NCBI GenBank assembly: GCA_049999805.1
Contig: JBNGIO010005941.1
Coordinates: forward strand, 1-64,000
Direction: 5' to 3'
Length of the DNA stretch: 64,000 nt
DNA from: Folioceros fuciformis
Lineage: Eukaryota
The position numbers and the translations under genes were made by a program. Every line of letters starts with the position of its first letter. Positions within the stretch are counted from its first letter, which is position 1. This document shows positions 35,393 to 48,500 of this stretch, piece by piece. The notes below the pieces were generated by a model. The model was not told the origin of the DNA and did no database searches. It saw nothing but the letters and a program-made list of their open reading frames with translations.

Positions 35393-35614
35393 TGACAACT
35401 GATCCCCCTGATCACTTTCATATTGCAAAAGAGCGCCACTTACGTACGGCTCAAAATACATCTGAAAATACGGTTCATAGTATGGAGCAGTGATGGAGCT
35501 ATTGTCATACATATATCTATCTAGCACTGCATACATAGTAGAACAAGATTATCATATGCCTTGGGAGATCATTGAATTGCACTCAACTCCTTAGGACACT
35601 TTGTCCTGTGTGGC

Positions 35615-36485
35615 CGCCCATCCTTCAACAAATTGCAAACCACCACTCTTCTTGGATCCACCCATTCTTCAACAAATTGCAAACCACCACCTTCTTGGAC
35701 TTAGGCTCTTCTCAATCATGAGTTAAGCAAATATATGCATAAGAGGTTAGAGAGAAAACCCTAATTCACCTAGTTGAGAACTTCAAGTGTCATGGAATGA
35801 GCATTACTTGGAATGAGCATTACTGATGTACAACGCAGGTGCAACGCGAGTGCTTTAAGACATCTAAAACTTCATCACTACATCTTATGATCAAGATATT
35901 ATGATATAAAACCGCATGGACTTCATCTTGATCACCACGATATTGTTGGAAGACGTCTAATAATTTATTTTTGCAAAGGTTATAAATACAAAGATCATAT
36001 AAATAATCTCATACAATCATAAATACAAAGACCACACAGGATTTTAAGGATAACTTGATGATTGTAAGCTTGAAGGATTATCTTGATACAAGCTTGGAGG
36101 CCTTCACATGCAATATTGAAGAAGACCAAGAAAAATTATATTAGAGTCCACTAAACACGGATTTCTAGTATAGAACTCAGTACTTAATGTAGGGCTATTA
36201 AAGCCTAATGTGCTTGGAACTCAGTACTTAATGTAGGGCTATTAAAGCTTAATGTGCTTAGACTAATGTGTTAGTCTAATATTAGTGTCTAATGAAGTAT
36301 CATTTGTTTAGATTAGCTTAAGCTAATATGTAGGAAGCTTATTGTGCAGCTTCTATATTAATGTGTTTAGTCTAAGATTAGTGTCTAATTAAGTATCATT
36401 TGTTTAGATTAGCTTAAGCTAATATGTAGGAAGCTTATTGCTTCTAGACTAATGTGTTTAGTCTATGTCTAATTAAGTATCATTA
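35615..36485. repeat. AT-rich block with several local tandem duplications (probable transposon interior)
   Basis: ~45-bp pair at 35617-35700; 44-bp pair GAACTCAGTACTTAATGTAGGGCTATTAAAGC at 36173-36260; ~90-bp TAATGTGTTTAGTCT...GGAAGCTTATTG units at 36262-36485; no ORFs. Confidence 0.8.
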
Positions 36486-36579
36486 AGAAGCTTCTTAAGG
36501 AGCTCTTCTAGAGGGTATGAATACCGCCTTGAGATCCCTTGCTGAGAGTGTGACCTTTCTTTCTCTTCTCCTCCTTGTC

Positions 36580-38400
36580 TCAAAAGACATTATTTCCTTC
36601 AGATATCCCAATTGAGACCATATCGCTCATAGCTAGCTACTTACCTTGAAGGGCATCCTTGCCTTTAGGCACCCTGCATGAGTAGTGCATCCTTCCCTTA
36701 AGGCACCTTACATGACCAAACCTAGGTACTTTCTTTAAAGGATATTCTTTCTCTTCCTTTAGGAACACCTAGCTACTTGCTTCAAACGACATCCTTCCCC
36801 TTAGTCACCCATTTTGAGTCTTGCTTCAAAGGGCATCCTTCTCCTTTGGCACCCATCTAAGTATTTATCTACTCGCTCCAAATGGTATATTTTCCCTTAG
36901 GCACCCCATCCAAGTATCGATTTTCATTTTAGGCATGCTATCTAAGTAACTCTCGGACCTAGCTAGCTACTGGATATAAAGAAAATCCTTTCCCTTTGCT
37001 TTAAGCACACCTAGCTACTTGCTCTAAAGGGCATTCTTCCCCTTAGCTACGTCATCTAAGTCTTGCTTTAAGAGCATCCTCCCCCTTAGCCCCATTTGAA
37101 TACCAATCTACTTGCTGCAAATTGCATCCTTCCCCTGGTCTACTTGTTGCAAATGATATCCTTTCTCTAAGGCACCTTATCTAAGTACAAATTTTACCTC
37201 AAAGGTCATCTTCCCCATAGGCACTCCATTTTAGTAGTTTCGATTTACTTACTCCAAATGACATCCTTCCTCTTAAGCACTTATCCAATTACCAATCTAC
37301 TTGCATCAAGGGGCATTGTTTTCTTTAGGAATACCATTTGAGTAGCACTCAAGACCTAGCTACTTGCTCTAAAGGACATCCTTCCCCTTTCCATTAGGCA
37401 CACTTAGCTACTTGCTCTAAAAGACATCCTTTCCCTTTTCATTAGGCATACTTAACTATTTACTCCAAAGGGCATCTTTCCCCTTAGTCACCCAAATTTG
37501 AGTCTTGCTCTTGAGGGCATCTTTCCCTTTCTATTAGGCATACTTAGCTACCTGCTCTAAAGGGCATCCTTCCCCTTTCAATTAGGCACACTTAGCTACT
37601 TGTTCTAAAAGACATGCTTTCCCTTTTCGTTAGGCACAGTTAACTATTTACTCCAAAGGCCATCTTTCCCCTTAGTCACCCAATTTGAGTCTTGCTCTTG
37701 AGGGCATCCCTTCCCTTTCAATTAGGCACACTTAGCTACCTGCTCTAAAGGGCATCCTTCCCCTTTCAATGAGGCACACTTAGCTACTTGTTCTAAAAGA
37801 CATCCTTTCCCTTTTCATTAGGCACACTTCACTATTTACTCCAAAAGGCATCTTTCCCCTTAATCACCCAATTTGAGTCTTGCTCTTGAGGGCATCCTTT
37901 CCCTTTCAATTAGGCACACTTAGCTACCTGCTCTAAAGGGCATCCTTNNNNNNNNNNCCCTTTCAATTAGGCACACTTAGCTACCTGCTCTAAAGGGCAT
38001 CCTTCCCCTTTCAATTAGGCACACTTAGCTACTTGTTCTAAAAGACATCCTTTCCCTTTTCATTAGGCACACTTAACTATTTACTCCATAGGGCATCTTT
38101 CCGCTAAATCACTCAATTTGAGTAATCTAAGTATCCATTTATTGGCTTAAAATGGTATCCTTTCCCTTACACACCCCATTTAAGTATCGATGTATTTCTC
38201 CAAAGGGCATCTTACCCTTGAGTATTGATGTACTTAGATACCCCATCTAAGTACGGATCTACTTAGAAAACCCATTTGAGTATCGATATGATTGCTCTAA
38301 AGAGTATCCCACTACCGATCTTTTTGCCCTAAAGGTATCTTATTCTTAAGCGCCCCATTTGAATCCTAATCTACTTAACATCTTCTCTTTAGACACCTCT
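36580..38400. repeat. Satellite of ~47-bp monomers with a 188-bp higher-order core (~37350-38120)
   Basis: CTACTTGCTCTAAAGGGCATCCTTCCCCTTT...TTAGGCAC monomers; the variant ACTATTTACTCC recurs at 37454, 37642 and 37830 (period 188); the flanks are more diverged. Confidence 0.92.
37948..37957. other. Assembly gap (10 N) inside the satellite
   Basis: Run of n characters. Confidence 1.
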
Positions 38401-38798
38401 GTGTGAGTACCAATGTGAGGGCTGGATTCTGAATCCTAGAGTTTGTATACCTTTATATGTCAATTTAGCCTGAACTAGTTTAAGAGCAACAAGTATATGA
38501 CTCTAAAATTCGCTTACTTACTAGAAAACCATTGAACTGGAACTTTGGGCATGCGCCACTAGTTGCTAGGAATCGTTGTGTAGACCTTTCGGTACATGAA
38601 TATCGTACCAAAAGCGGGATATCATTGAATCCTGGCGGTATATCGATTCCACGTTTGCGGATGTGCCCTTAATTACACACCGCGATGCGCCCTTAGCCAT
38701 TTCTTACTTTACGGGCAGCACCAAATGTGACAACGACATCGAAGTATTGAAATGTATTACATCTCTCATGGCAAACCCAGCGGATCCCAACCGTCGTC

Positions 38799-41314
38799 TC
38801 ATGTTCTGTGGTCGTCGGCATCTTCAGAGGACTCACTACCACTCTCCAGCCCAAACAGCAAAGCCTCCCCAACTTGTTGTTGCCACTGCTTTTTGAGTTC
38901 GATAAGCGCATTACCGGCGGCTGTCGCTACTGCTGGGTTGCTATCCTCCGCGAGTCGCTGGTAGACAACACCCATGTCATTGCAACGCTGCACAAAATGC
39001 GGTAGTCAAAAAGTGATTCGAGTAGTTCAGTGGAAAACCTGAAGGGCACCCATGCCCGCATTCCCAAGATTCCATAGCGATGGTGCCCCTGCTAGGGCCT
39101 CTGCCAAAGCACGCCTACACCCAACCCACGATTTTTGTCAGCCCTCAACAAGAGGCACCCAAAAAACGCAGGACCTGACTCACATGATTTTGTGATCAGC
39201 TGCAAGTGCTAATCATTTGTTTCAAAGCCCTTAATGTCTACCTTGTGGCCACATCGGGAGAGCTAGCACACTCGGCAAGCAAAGATGCGCCACTGCCACC
39301 ATCCACTTCATTCATGTCCAGGAGTGCTGCGACAATGAATTCTATCTGTTCCAAGACACACAACTCTGTTCACGCCGGTTTCGGATGAAGAAGAAAATGT
39401 GGAAGAGAACGCATGTCAGCTACTACCTCCTCGGGATCCTTGAGTTGACTCCCATTGACTTTTGCCAATGACGCAGCCATAGCCCAATAAGCATCCTGCT
39501 CAAACCAAATTCACTCAGCAGAACAGTCCGGTTCATGCAATTCAAGCCGTCTAGCCGTCTAGGCGCATGATTCCCACCTCCATCGCAGCCAAACGTTCAG
39601 TGACAGTTCCCTCCGGATATTTTGGCCTTGTCTCAACCCTACTTTCGGCATCCATGGTAACTGGATAGCCTACTGTAAGCGTTTCGGCAGCCTGAAACTC
39701 CATCTGTTCCTGGGACTCTCTGCAGAGGCAACTGTCAATACAAGGCCCAAAGTTTGGACAACGGCAAGTAGCAGGGTGAGGGAAGAAGGGCATTACGGTA
39801 AAGGACGACTCACATCAGCTGGACACTTCGAATGATGGCTTTGTGTACATTCTTCATAGCCTGCAAGCCACATACATGACAGTCCGCGTCTGCGTCCAAC
39901 ATCGTAACTGCAACCAACTGGGTGAAGCGGAGAACAAAGGGCACCTCTACGGCTACAAAGGCATCCTCCATGGCCCGCCGACGAGCGCGAAGATCTGCTA
40001 GTCGGAGGTCAGCCTGTCACGCACAATCAAAGGGATGACACCTGATCCTTACACACCTCTCCATTCATGTCAGGTGTGCATGCCAGGTACTAATTCTTAC
40101 ATCTCAAGGTTGTTAGCAGACCTCCTGGTATCCGAGCCATACAAAGACGCAAACATTAACGACCCAGAAGCACGCAAATAACCATCACGACACACTGAAC
40201 ACACAAATCTGCTGGTCCAGGGGCTCACATCTAAGGCACCCGCACTCCAATGCTCTTCAGCAGCGGTTACAAATTCTGAACGTGCAACTTCCTCCAATCC
40301 CTGCTAGAAAGAAAACTGCATGGATCAGATTCCCGCATACAACTTCTCGAAACCCTGCTAGTGCGACCACTGCACACATCAGACTCCGAGCATGCAACTT
40401 CTTCAGGTCCGTGATGATTGAAAAAGAGAATAAACCAGGGCCGGCTGTGAGCACATACACCGCTCCTGTACAGAGACACATTCTTGCTCAACTACGAAAA
40501 CAACTTCATGCATGAGGGGTCAACAGTGTAGATACACTGTGATTGTAAAAGGAGCCACCAACCATTACTATGTGCCGTAAACGAGCTACTTTGCTGCGGG
40601 CATCCATATCAAGTTTCTCTGCATCTTCTCTTGCCCTGGCTACTCAAAAGGAGAACGACCTTGAGCAAAACCAACTAGACTGAGCGCTGGAACGTCAAAC
40701 GTGACAAGCTAGTGCGCAACATACCATCGAGCTTCAGAAATTTGGAGCCAAGCAAGGCAACGTCCTGCCTAGCCCTTGAATCCAACCTCATCATTTCACT
40801 GTTCACGAAAGGGAGGGGATCAGGATCCCAGATATTCAGCTATCAGAACAAGTTCCTAGTAGGTAGACGACCATTACCGGATGAAAATATCCACATCACT
40901 ACGAGCCCGCTCGTCAAGGCTCTGAGCTGCCTCGCTCACAAGCATAGCGTCTTTGCACACACAACGGGCAGCCTGGGCCAGAGGCCCGTGTGGTGGTAAA
41001 TTCGACTGGAGAAACCTGCACCTGAGTTTCTGAGACGAAGCGTCCCTCCCTGCGCTTCCCTCGCCTATGCTGTGAGAGTCATTGGACAGTTCAGCCCATG
41101 GGCCTGGTACACAACGCAAGTCGGCGACATGCGACCTGTCACCGAACGGCTGCAGCGATGGTAAGAAGGAATTTTCCCGATCGTAAGACCTCTTCCCAGC
41201 GCTCCCGGATGGAGATATCACGCGGGCTACTCCCTGCCGCCGAACGCCAGTGGTGCAACCCGAGGTGGAGGCAACAGCTGCTGCAGAGCTCAGGGACTGG
41301 ATGGATTGAGCCAT
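38799..41314 (-). CDS. Senescence-associated chloroplast protein, OSA15/AAF-like, multi-exon
   Basis: Ser/Ala/Arg-rich transit peptide; QDVALLGSKFLKLD, AAEEHWSAGALD|ADLRLADLRARRRAMEDAF, IEFIVAALLDMNEVDGGSGASLLAECASSPDVATR|RALAEALAGAPSLWNLGNAGMGALQ|RLAEDSNPAVATAA. Confidence 0.85.
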
Positions 41315-41759
41315 TTTGCTTCACCACGCTTGACGTGATCATCGGGTGACCTCAGCCGTCACACCAACATAGAAGCACGTGCAACGGTCGGGCGGCTGAT
41401 TCCACCATGGCCACCCTCCCCTCGACTGGTCTGGAACTATTTCCTCCCGAACCTTAGCAAAATCCCGCGCGCTACCGCAGAGGAGACACCGTACGTGCGG
41501 TGAAGATGCAAGATTCAACGGGAACTGGAAGAAGATTTTTCACGAAGTGATGACCGGGATCCGGGTCTGCCGCATCTTCCACGCGGCACGTTTCACAGCG
41601 CAGCATCCCTCCTGCTCCGCACCGTCCATTATTGATTCGGATGTCAGACATAGAGACGGGAAACCATAATCTAGATTACACGAAATGTGATACACGCAAT
41701 TGGACGAAGACAGGCATCTAGGGACAAGACTCCTGGAGTCTCTACTTTCCCTACTAAAG

Positions 41760-43701
41760 CTAAAGGTGCCAGTCTTGGAATTCCTCCTTGCTCAGTAAAA
41801 ATGAGCTTGCCTTTACGTGACCTCCGCCTCCGTAAGCCTGCAACACAAACCCCATCGGTGACGCTCAGGATCTTCCAGACCGACGGAAGAATTCAAACAA
41901 CAGTCACAATTTGCGGTGTGATACTCTACTGCGAAAAGGAGGTTAAATCGCATCAAGCATCGTTCCGGCACCTCTTGGTGATCTGACTGACCAATCACAT
42001 GGAAACTGGTCCACAATACAGGTTGCATCGCATCCGTATCACAGAACACAAATGTGACAGGCTAATTTGCCACCTTCGTAGAAAAGACTAAGACGGACGG
42101 CAACATTACGTACAACAAACAAAAGGTATGATACACCGAGACGCCTACCAGATTCGGTGCGTGACACAGACCTGAGATATCCTCGTCGTATCAGCTGATT
42201 CTGAGAGACTTCTGAGACTAATCTTCAAGATTCTGTTGTCATCTAGCGCAGGTTCGACGTAAACTACTGCTCCAACTGGTCTGCAGGTCACAAAAATTGA
42301 TTTAAAGCCACGAATAAGAACGCGGTCATCATAGAGAGCAGATTGCAAAGCGGGACGAGGTCACTCACAGCAGACCCGCTTCTTGGCTTTTTGCAGCGAG
42401 TTGATTACCAAGGTCACTTCTAAGATGTGCAATGGTATCTGCTCTCACACCCTGGCAAATAACCATGAGAAAAACATGACATGAAATGAGACAAAGACAT
42501 TGAGGCGTCACCCCAGGTCACTCTCACACAGTTCAACACAAAAGATCAACTTACAAGACAAGTACCAAACTTTCCTCCCCCCAGTTTCAGCTCAAAAGCA
42601 CTTTGAAGTGCTCGGTCAATAAGCCGCTGCTTCACTCGTAGGCTTTCCTTCCCACCAGCTATAACATCTTCCGGGACCAAAGCCAGTAGCTGAGACAAAA
42701 ATTACGGAACCACATCTCAATATCTCACAACATGCTTGCGATCTTCTATCACACCCACAACTCCGGGGGTATAGAGTAGCTCACCTGATCAAAGACCTTA
42801 GGATTCGCTGACGCATTGAATTCAATGGACAGATCCTTAATACCACTGCTAAACGCCTTGCTATTTGGCAAACTCCACCGCCATAAATCCGCGTCTTCAA
42901 TGTACCTGAAAAGAGTTTCGACACGCTCAAGGTCCCTGTCCGGCAAGAGGGCTTTTGCCTCCAAAGAACCATCTGACAGGGCTGCAGCTCCGCTACCCGA
43001 GCTCCGTCGTAAAAGCTTCTCTGTAAAGTAGTCATACGCAATTGTTGCCCCGCTCCGATTCATGTCCAGCAAGCAGAAGAGGTTCTGGGGACCCTCCCCT
43101 GCGCTTGGAAGGAGATCCAGTGCCGTTTTGTGATGGTCGAGAACGACGACTCTGCACTGCACGTAGTCAATGGTAGTCACCATCTACCACACACAACCTT
43201 GATACAAAAATTCAAAAAGTCGGCAGCAGCCGCTTACTCTTTAGCCCGCTGCGCGAGCTCCACCGCAAATCCCTGGTGCCCAGCAAAATCGAGAAGATAA
43301 ACCACATCCACATCTTGCAAGGCAAGATCCGTCACCCTGCCAATCAGCCACACCACGGCCCGAAGAGCTCAGACAAGGAAACCATCGAGGAACCTCAGAG
43401 CAGCACCCGGCACGCCGAGGACAGTACAACACCTCAGAGGGCTGAACACTGTATTGGGGTAGAAGACGACGGGACAGCCGACAGCTTTGTGATACAGGTA
43501 TGCTGCAAGAGCTGCAAACACTCCGTCGGGACACGGATAATGATACACAACGGCAGCTCCTCCCATCGATAGACTCTTACACTCGGCCTGGAAGAGAGAT
43601 AGCATAGTATGCTGCACCTTGAAGCTTTCCCTAGGCGGTCGCGCCCGGAAGAAAATCTGAGACAGAGGCAATCCTCGCGGCAGCAGCACTGGTGCTGCCA
43701 T
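41760..43701 (-). CDS. DHH/DHHA1-family phosphoesterase-like protein, multi-exon
   Basis: VVYHYPCPDGVFAAL, VVVLDHHKTA, DMNRSGATIAYDYF, YIEDADLWRW, KISLRS, and last exon AYGGGGHVKASSF...WHL-TAG. Confidence 0.88.
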
Positions 43702-43780
43702 GAGGCGTTATCCAGTGTACTCACTAGGAATCTCCCTCTTCCTCAGTTAGGAAAGGAGGCATTCTCCAGAACAGGCCCCA

Positions 43781-43790
43781 ATTAGGGTTT
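43781..43790. promoter_or_regulatory. Telo-box in the short divergent promoter between the DHH gene and TXNL4B
   Basis: ATTAGGGTTT (reverse complement AAACCCTAAT) next to GGCCC-type motifs in a 273-bp head-to-head interval. Confidence 0.5.
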
Positions 43791-43974
43791 CGTTCCTGAG
43801 CTTGTAACGCCGGGCCTGGCTTCCATGACCATGCCATCGGCCCGTTAGGTATAGAGACTCGTGTCTTACGAATAAGCAAGTAGCGGGCTCGTCTCCATCA
43901 GGCAACGAAAAATCCTGGAAGTGAAGACGTTCACGCCTGTTCCCCAGTTTCATCTCTCTCCTCTCGCTTACGGG

Positions 43975-44694
43975 ATGAGCTATTTGCTACCCTCGCTTCG
44001 ATCCAAGGACGAGGTGGATGAGTGCATCCGCAACACCATAGACAAGGTTTTGGTGCTGCGCTTTGGCAGACCTACCGATGATGTGTGCATGCAGTTGGAT
44101 GAAATCGTGAGTTTCGCTCTCTCCTCAAACTAGCCTTGCCTTGGAAAGGTGCGCCAGCTAATGGCTGTGCTTGTGACAGCTTGTCAAATCAGTGCGTGAT
44201 GTGTCTAAGTTTGCTTCCATAGCCCTTGTGGACGTGGATGCGGAAGGGATCCAGGTCTACGTCAGGTACTTTGATATCAGCCTCATTCCGGCTACAATAT
44301 TCTTCTTCAACGCAGAGCATATGAAGATGGACTCAGGGTGCGTTGAAGAATTGCCTTTTGAATTGCAAAAGTTGAGTTCAGAAATGTATGTGGTGGAACG
44401 TCGGGGTTTAAGTCTGATTGAACCCGGGTTACAGGACTCCCGATCATACTAAGTGGATTGGAGCATTTCAAACCAAGCAAGACTTCATCGATGTTCTGGA
44501 GGTAAGGCTTCCTTGGCCATACTCTCAACTCCACAGTCACCGTAACTTGTGGAACTGCAGTCTCACTGTGTGGTCTGAATTTTTGCCTGCGTCAGACGAT
44601 TTTCAGGGGTGCTATGAAGGGGAAGTTGATCGTTACGTGCCCACTTTCATCTGATAAGATTCCCAGGTTTGAACTTCTGTTCAGAGACTTCTGA
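43975..44694 (+). CDS. TXNL4B: Thioredoxin-like protein 4B (Dim2), 4 exons
   Basis: MSYLLPSLRSKDEVDECIRNTIDKVLVLRFG...YFDISLIPATIFFFNAEHMKMDSG|TPDHTKWIGAF...IFRGAMKGKLIVTCPL...KIPRFELLFRDF-TGA. Confidence 0.95.
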
Positions 44695-45542
44695 GCTGAA
44701 TACAGTATACTATACTGCCTCCGAGTTTTTGGTCCCTAAACCGCGCGAAGTATCCGGTTTAATTGGAAGGGTACGAGTTTTCTCCGGAGGACGACCCCAC
44801 CCCACCAGCTCGCCCGGTTCAATTCCCGAAACTCCATGCCTACCAGCGACCGAAAAATCAATCATGCGACCGATTGTCTTTCGTTGTCTGATGCGCTCGC
44901 TATACCATGGCCATCAACGGCCAAACGATACATAGCCGACGGCCGTCCCGCCTGGCGGCATATGCAACGACATCAAGCGAAGAGGACGTAGATCAATCCC
45001 CTTCCTAAGATCGCACACATACAGTTGTAGACATTGTTATTCATACAAAAATTGAAGTATAACTTGTTCCACGGGCCGCATTCTACCCGGTAACTAACCG
45101 AGAAGCAACTCTAAACTAGGTGATGCAGGCAGAAATCGCTAGGGGGCCACTCTTCAGGAGACGGCCACTTCGTCATAGGGTTGTCGTATAACTTCTTCCT
45201 TCACCATGCTTTCATTTCTAGATCAAATGTAGAGGCCGCTGCCATCCAAGGGGACACTTGTCATCATCCGGCCAGCCCTCTGCCTCTAGTGATTGCCTGG
45301 ATCCGTCGCCATCACTTAAACGACTGGTAAACGAAGGCTGCTATTACGGAGGGACCACTTTTGAACCCAGCCTATTGTCTCCCCACTGATACAAGCAGAA
45401 CCACGTTCTGCCACGCTGACAACCCTAGGCGTCAAAAGAGCACCCACTCTATCGTTAGACATCCTGCAGATCACCCGTGAGTTGAGCCTATTGCGCGTTC
45501 TCAACCAGATTTGAAAAACCAGGGCAGGCATCTCCTCCTCCT

Positions 45543-48500
45543 TCAGCCAAACTTCGTGCTATACAGACGCTTCAGACCAGGACAAACAGCCCGCATCCTT
45601 TCTGCAGCAACCTCAGAGATCTGTTCACCAGCAAATTCGACGTCAAGAATTATGGACGCCAGATTGTCAAACAGGGAAGCCGATACTCATCAGGCAAAAA
45701 GTGATCGGTCTAAAAGCGACTTGCCTTGGGGCAGTTTCTAACATCCAAAGTCTCCAGCAGGATGCACGCCTTAATGGCAGATTCCAAAACCCAGGGTTCG
45801 ATGCCGCAGGCCTGCAGGAGGGCAGCGTCTTTAAGAAACCAAGTTCAAACTTGCTCCAGACCTAGTTCTCAATACAGAGCCTTGACAATCTAGATGGCAA
45901 CAGCTGATGGGCAATACCTGAAGGTCCAATTTGGTCAGTCGAGGGCATTCAAGCTCCAGCTGAACCAACTGCACACAATTGCTGACGGAAATAGTTGCCA
46001 GGTTTAGAAGCAAAACAAAGACAGACTGCAGTGCAAGTAATCTTAGACCCAAACTCACCTTAACTTAAGTGATGTCAAGTTTGAACAGGCAAGATGAACC
46101 TCGCGGACATTGGTTAGCGAAAGGTCGATGGATGACAGGTATGGGCATGCAGATGATCGCAGCAGATTGACCTCACGAATATTTGAGCAACCCACACAGT
46201 TTAATGTCTGTAGCAGCCTTACAGGAGATCCTGGGATTTTCATCTCTGCGGAGACCAGATCCAGCTCCTCCACCTTCCGCCCTGTGCCGTCTTCGGAAGA
46301 AAACTCAAATGAATTAGGCGCATACCCTCCACGCCCACTTTTGACTGTCGCAGAATCTTTCCCGTACACAGCTGAGCCATCAGTACCACCAGGAGATCGA
46401 ATGCCTGGCTCCGAGGCTAGACCATGTTCAACCACTGCTTCCATACATGCAAGGGGGACCTCATTCATCACATCCGCAGCCAGCAAAGCTCTGGGGCTTT
46501 CTGCCTCCCCAGAAAAGTCATAAAACCCAGAAGCAGCCTCATCACAGAGTGACGCATCCTCCATGCCCACATCTTCTATAGGGGATGCAGTAATCATCCC
46601 GTCCTCAGGGATCAACCCTGTGCGGTGAGAAGTACTACCAACTGGAGAAGCAGATAGCTGTGTCCAGAGGAAGTCTGTAATCTGAGAGCATCCGTTGAGA
46701 CTCACATGCATCAACTGTGGGCAGTGAGCAAAGACCCCTTCAATTGCAGATCGTCCAAGACTACCGTAGGACAAGTCTAATTCTCGCAGCTCAGGAAGAG
46801 CCCTTCCCCCATGCAAAGCCTCTAACGCATTCTCACTTAGGTACTTGCAGGCATAAAGTATGAGCACCTGCAAGAATGAATCACAAATCAGCCAAGTAAG
46901 GTCCTCGGAACACACAGGCTTGTAAACACTGAAGAAAAGTTCACAATTTCACTTGCAGGCAAGGATTACAAAGGGACATACCTTCAGATGAGGACACGCT
47001 ACAAAGACTGGAGAGAGATCAGTCAGGAATGTATATGAGAGATCGAGTGTGGTCAAATGATGTAATTCCCTCAGGGAAAGAAGGCCCGCAGCGCCAACAG
47101 ATGGCCAAAATGACAACACCAGCTCCTGAATCTCAGGACAGGCCCGTGCAGCAGCAGCCAAGCAATCATCACCCAATTGACTGCAAGGAAGACGGAGGCA
47201 AAATTAAGAACGTGCAAATCTTCATAGCCCCCTGGTTGGAACAAATCCTTGCACTACCCCTACAGAAGCCCATAGGCCAATACATGGATTGAAGTAGGGA
47301 TGGACAGTTCCTAAACAAGAAAAAAAGGAATACTACCTGCAATATGTAGCATCCAATGATTGAAGTCGAGGGCAGCAGATTGCTGCTTGAGTCAAATCTC
47401 CGCATCCTTTCAGATCCAAGTTCGTCATCTGTGATGCCTCAATCTCCAGCGTTGTGAGATGTGGACAGATCCCTAGATTCAGTGACACCAAGCCCACCTG
47501 ACACCACAAATATTTCGGCCCGTATCAGCAAGTGTAGCTAAATGTGCACAACCATGTGATAATGCACAAATGCATGATATGGCATGAGATGCAGACTCCA
47601 AGGAAACAGAAATTGCGGGTAGGGGGAGGGTGGCATCCTACCGGTGAAAACGTTGCAGACAACAAGTGATCGCAACCCTCAAGTTGTAACTGCTGCAGAG
47701 CTGGACAGCCCAGTCGCAGACTGCACATGCCTCGACATCCAATCAATGACAAGAGGCGAAGCGAGGAGCTTGTAAGTGTCACATCTGTGAGGCCCTGCAA
47801 CAACGACACTGGTCAAGATGTATCCTGGACGCAAAAAATATTCACCAATCAAACAGAGCCGAAATTCTACCTCACAATTGTCCAATGTTAGAGAGTTCAG
47901 GGTAGGACACCCTCCACCATCACAGAAAATCTCACAGACAGAATTTGTCAGTGCTTCACACTCAGTCAAGTCGACCACCCGCAGCCACGGGCAGTTGAGG
48001 GCCAAGTGAGACAGACCCTGCTGCCGTTTAAGGTTAAGCTTCTGTAGTCAAGGCACACCAGAAAATCACTGTCACAAGTGCTCCATGAGCTACAGAAAAG
48101 CCATGACAACACAACAACATAACTCACAGAAGAATCCTACATATAGACTTACCTGCACAGAGTTTGAGGTCAAATCAATGCGGCTGAGGAGGGGACAGTT
48201 GTCCAGATCAAGCTTCGTTAGAGCAGGGCTGCGAAGAGTCAGCTCAGCGAACCTGAAAATCACGGGCTTGGCATCAGAAAGGCTCAGCTTTTCAGTCAAT
48301 ACATCATCCGACAATAAACAGCCCTTACTTGCGTGTATTTGTCAGGTTGATTGTGCTCAGTCGAGGAAGGTCAAGATTGACAGCAGTAAGAAAGCAGCAA
48401 AAGTCTAACTTCAAAGTCTGGACAACAATGCAAGCCCCCATGATAAGATGAACACATTTACACCCACATGAGAATCCAATAAATTGAGTTAATTTTCTTG

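Noticed and set aside
34007-41314. SGR next to OSA15/AAF as a senescence gene cluster
   Set aside because: Two convergent genes separated by repeats; there is no evidence of shared regulation and chance adjacency is sufficient.
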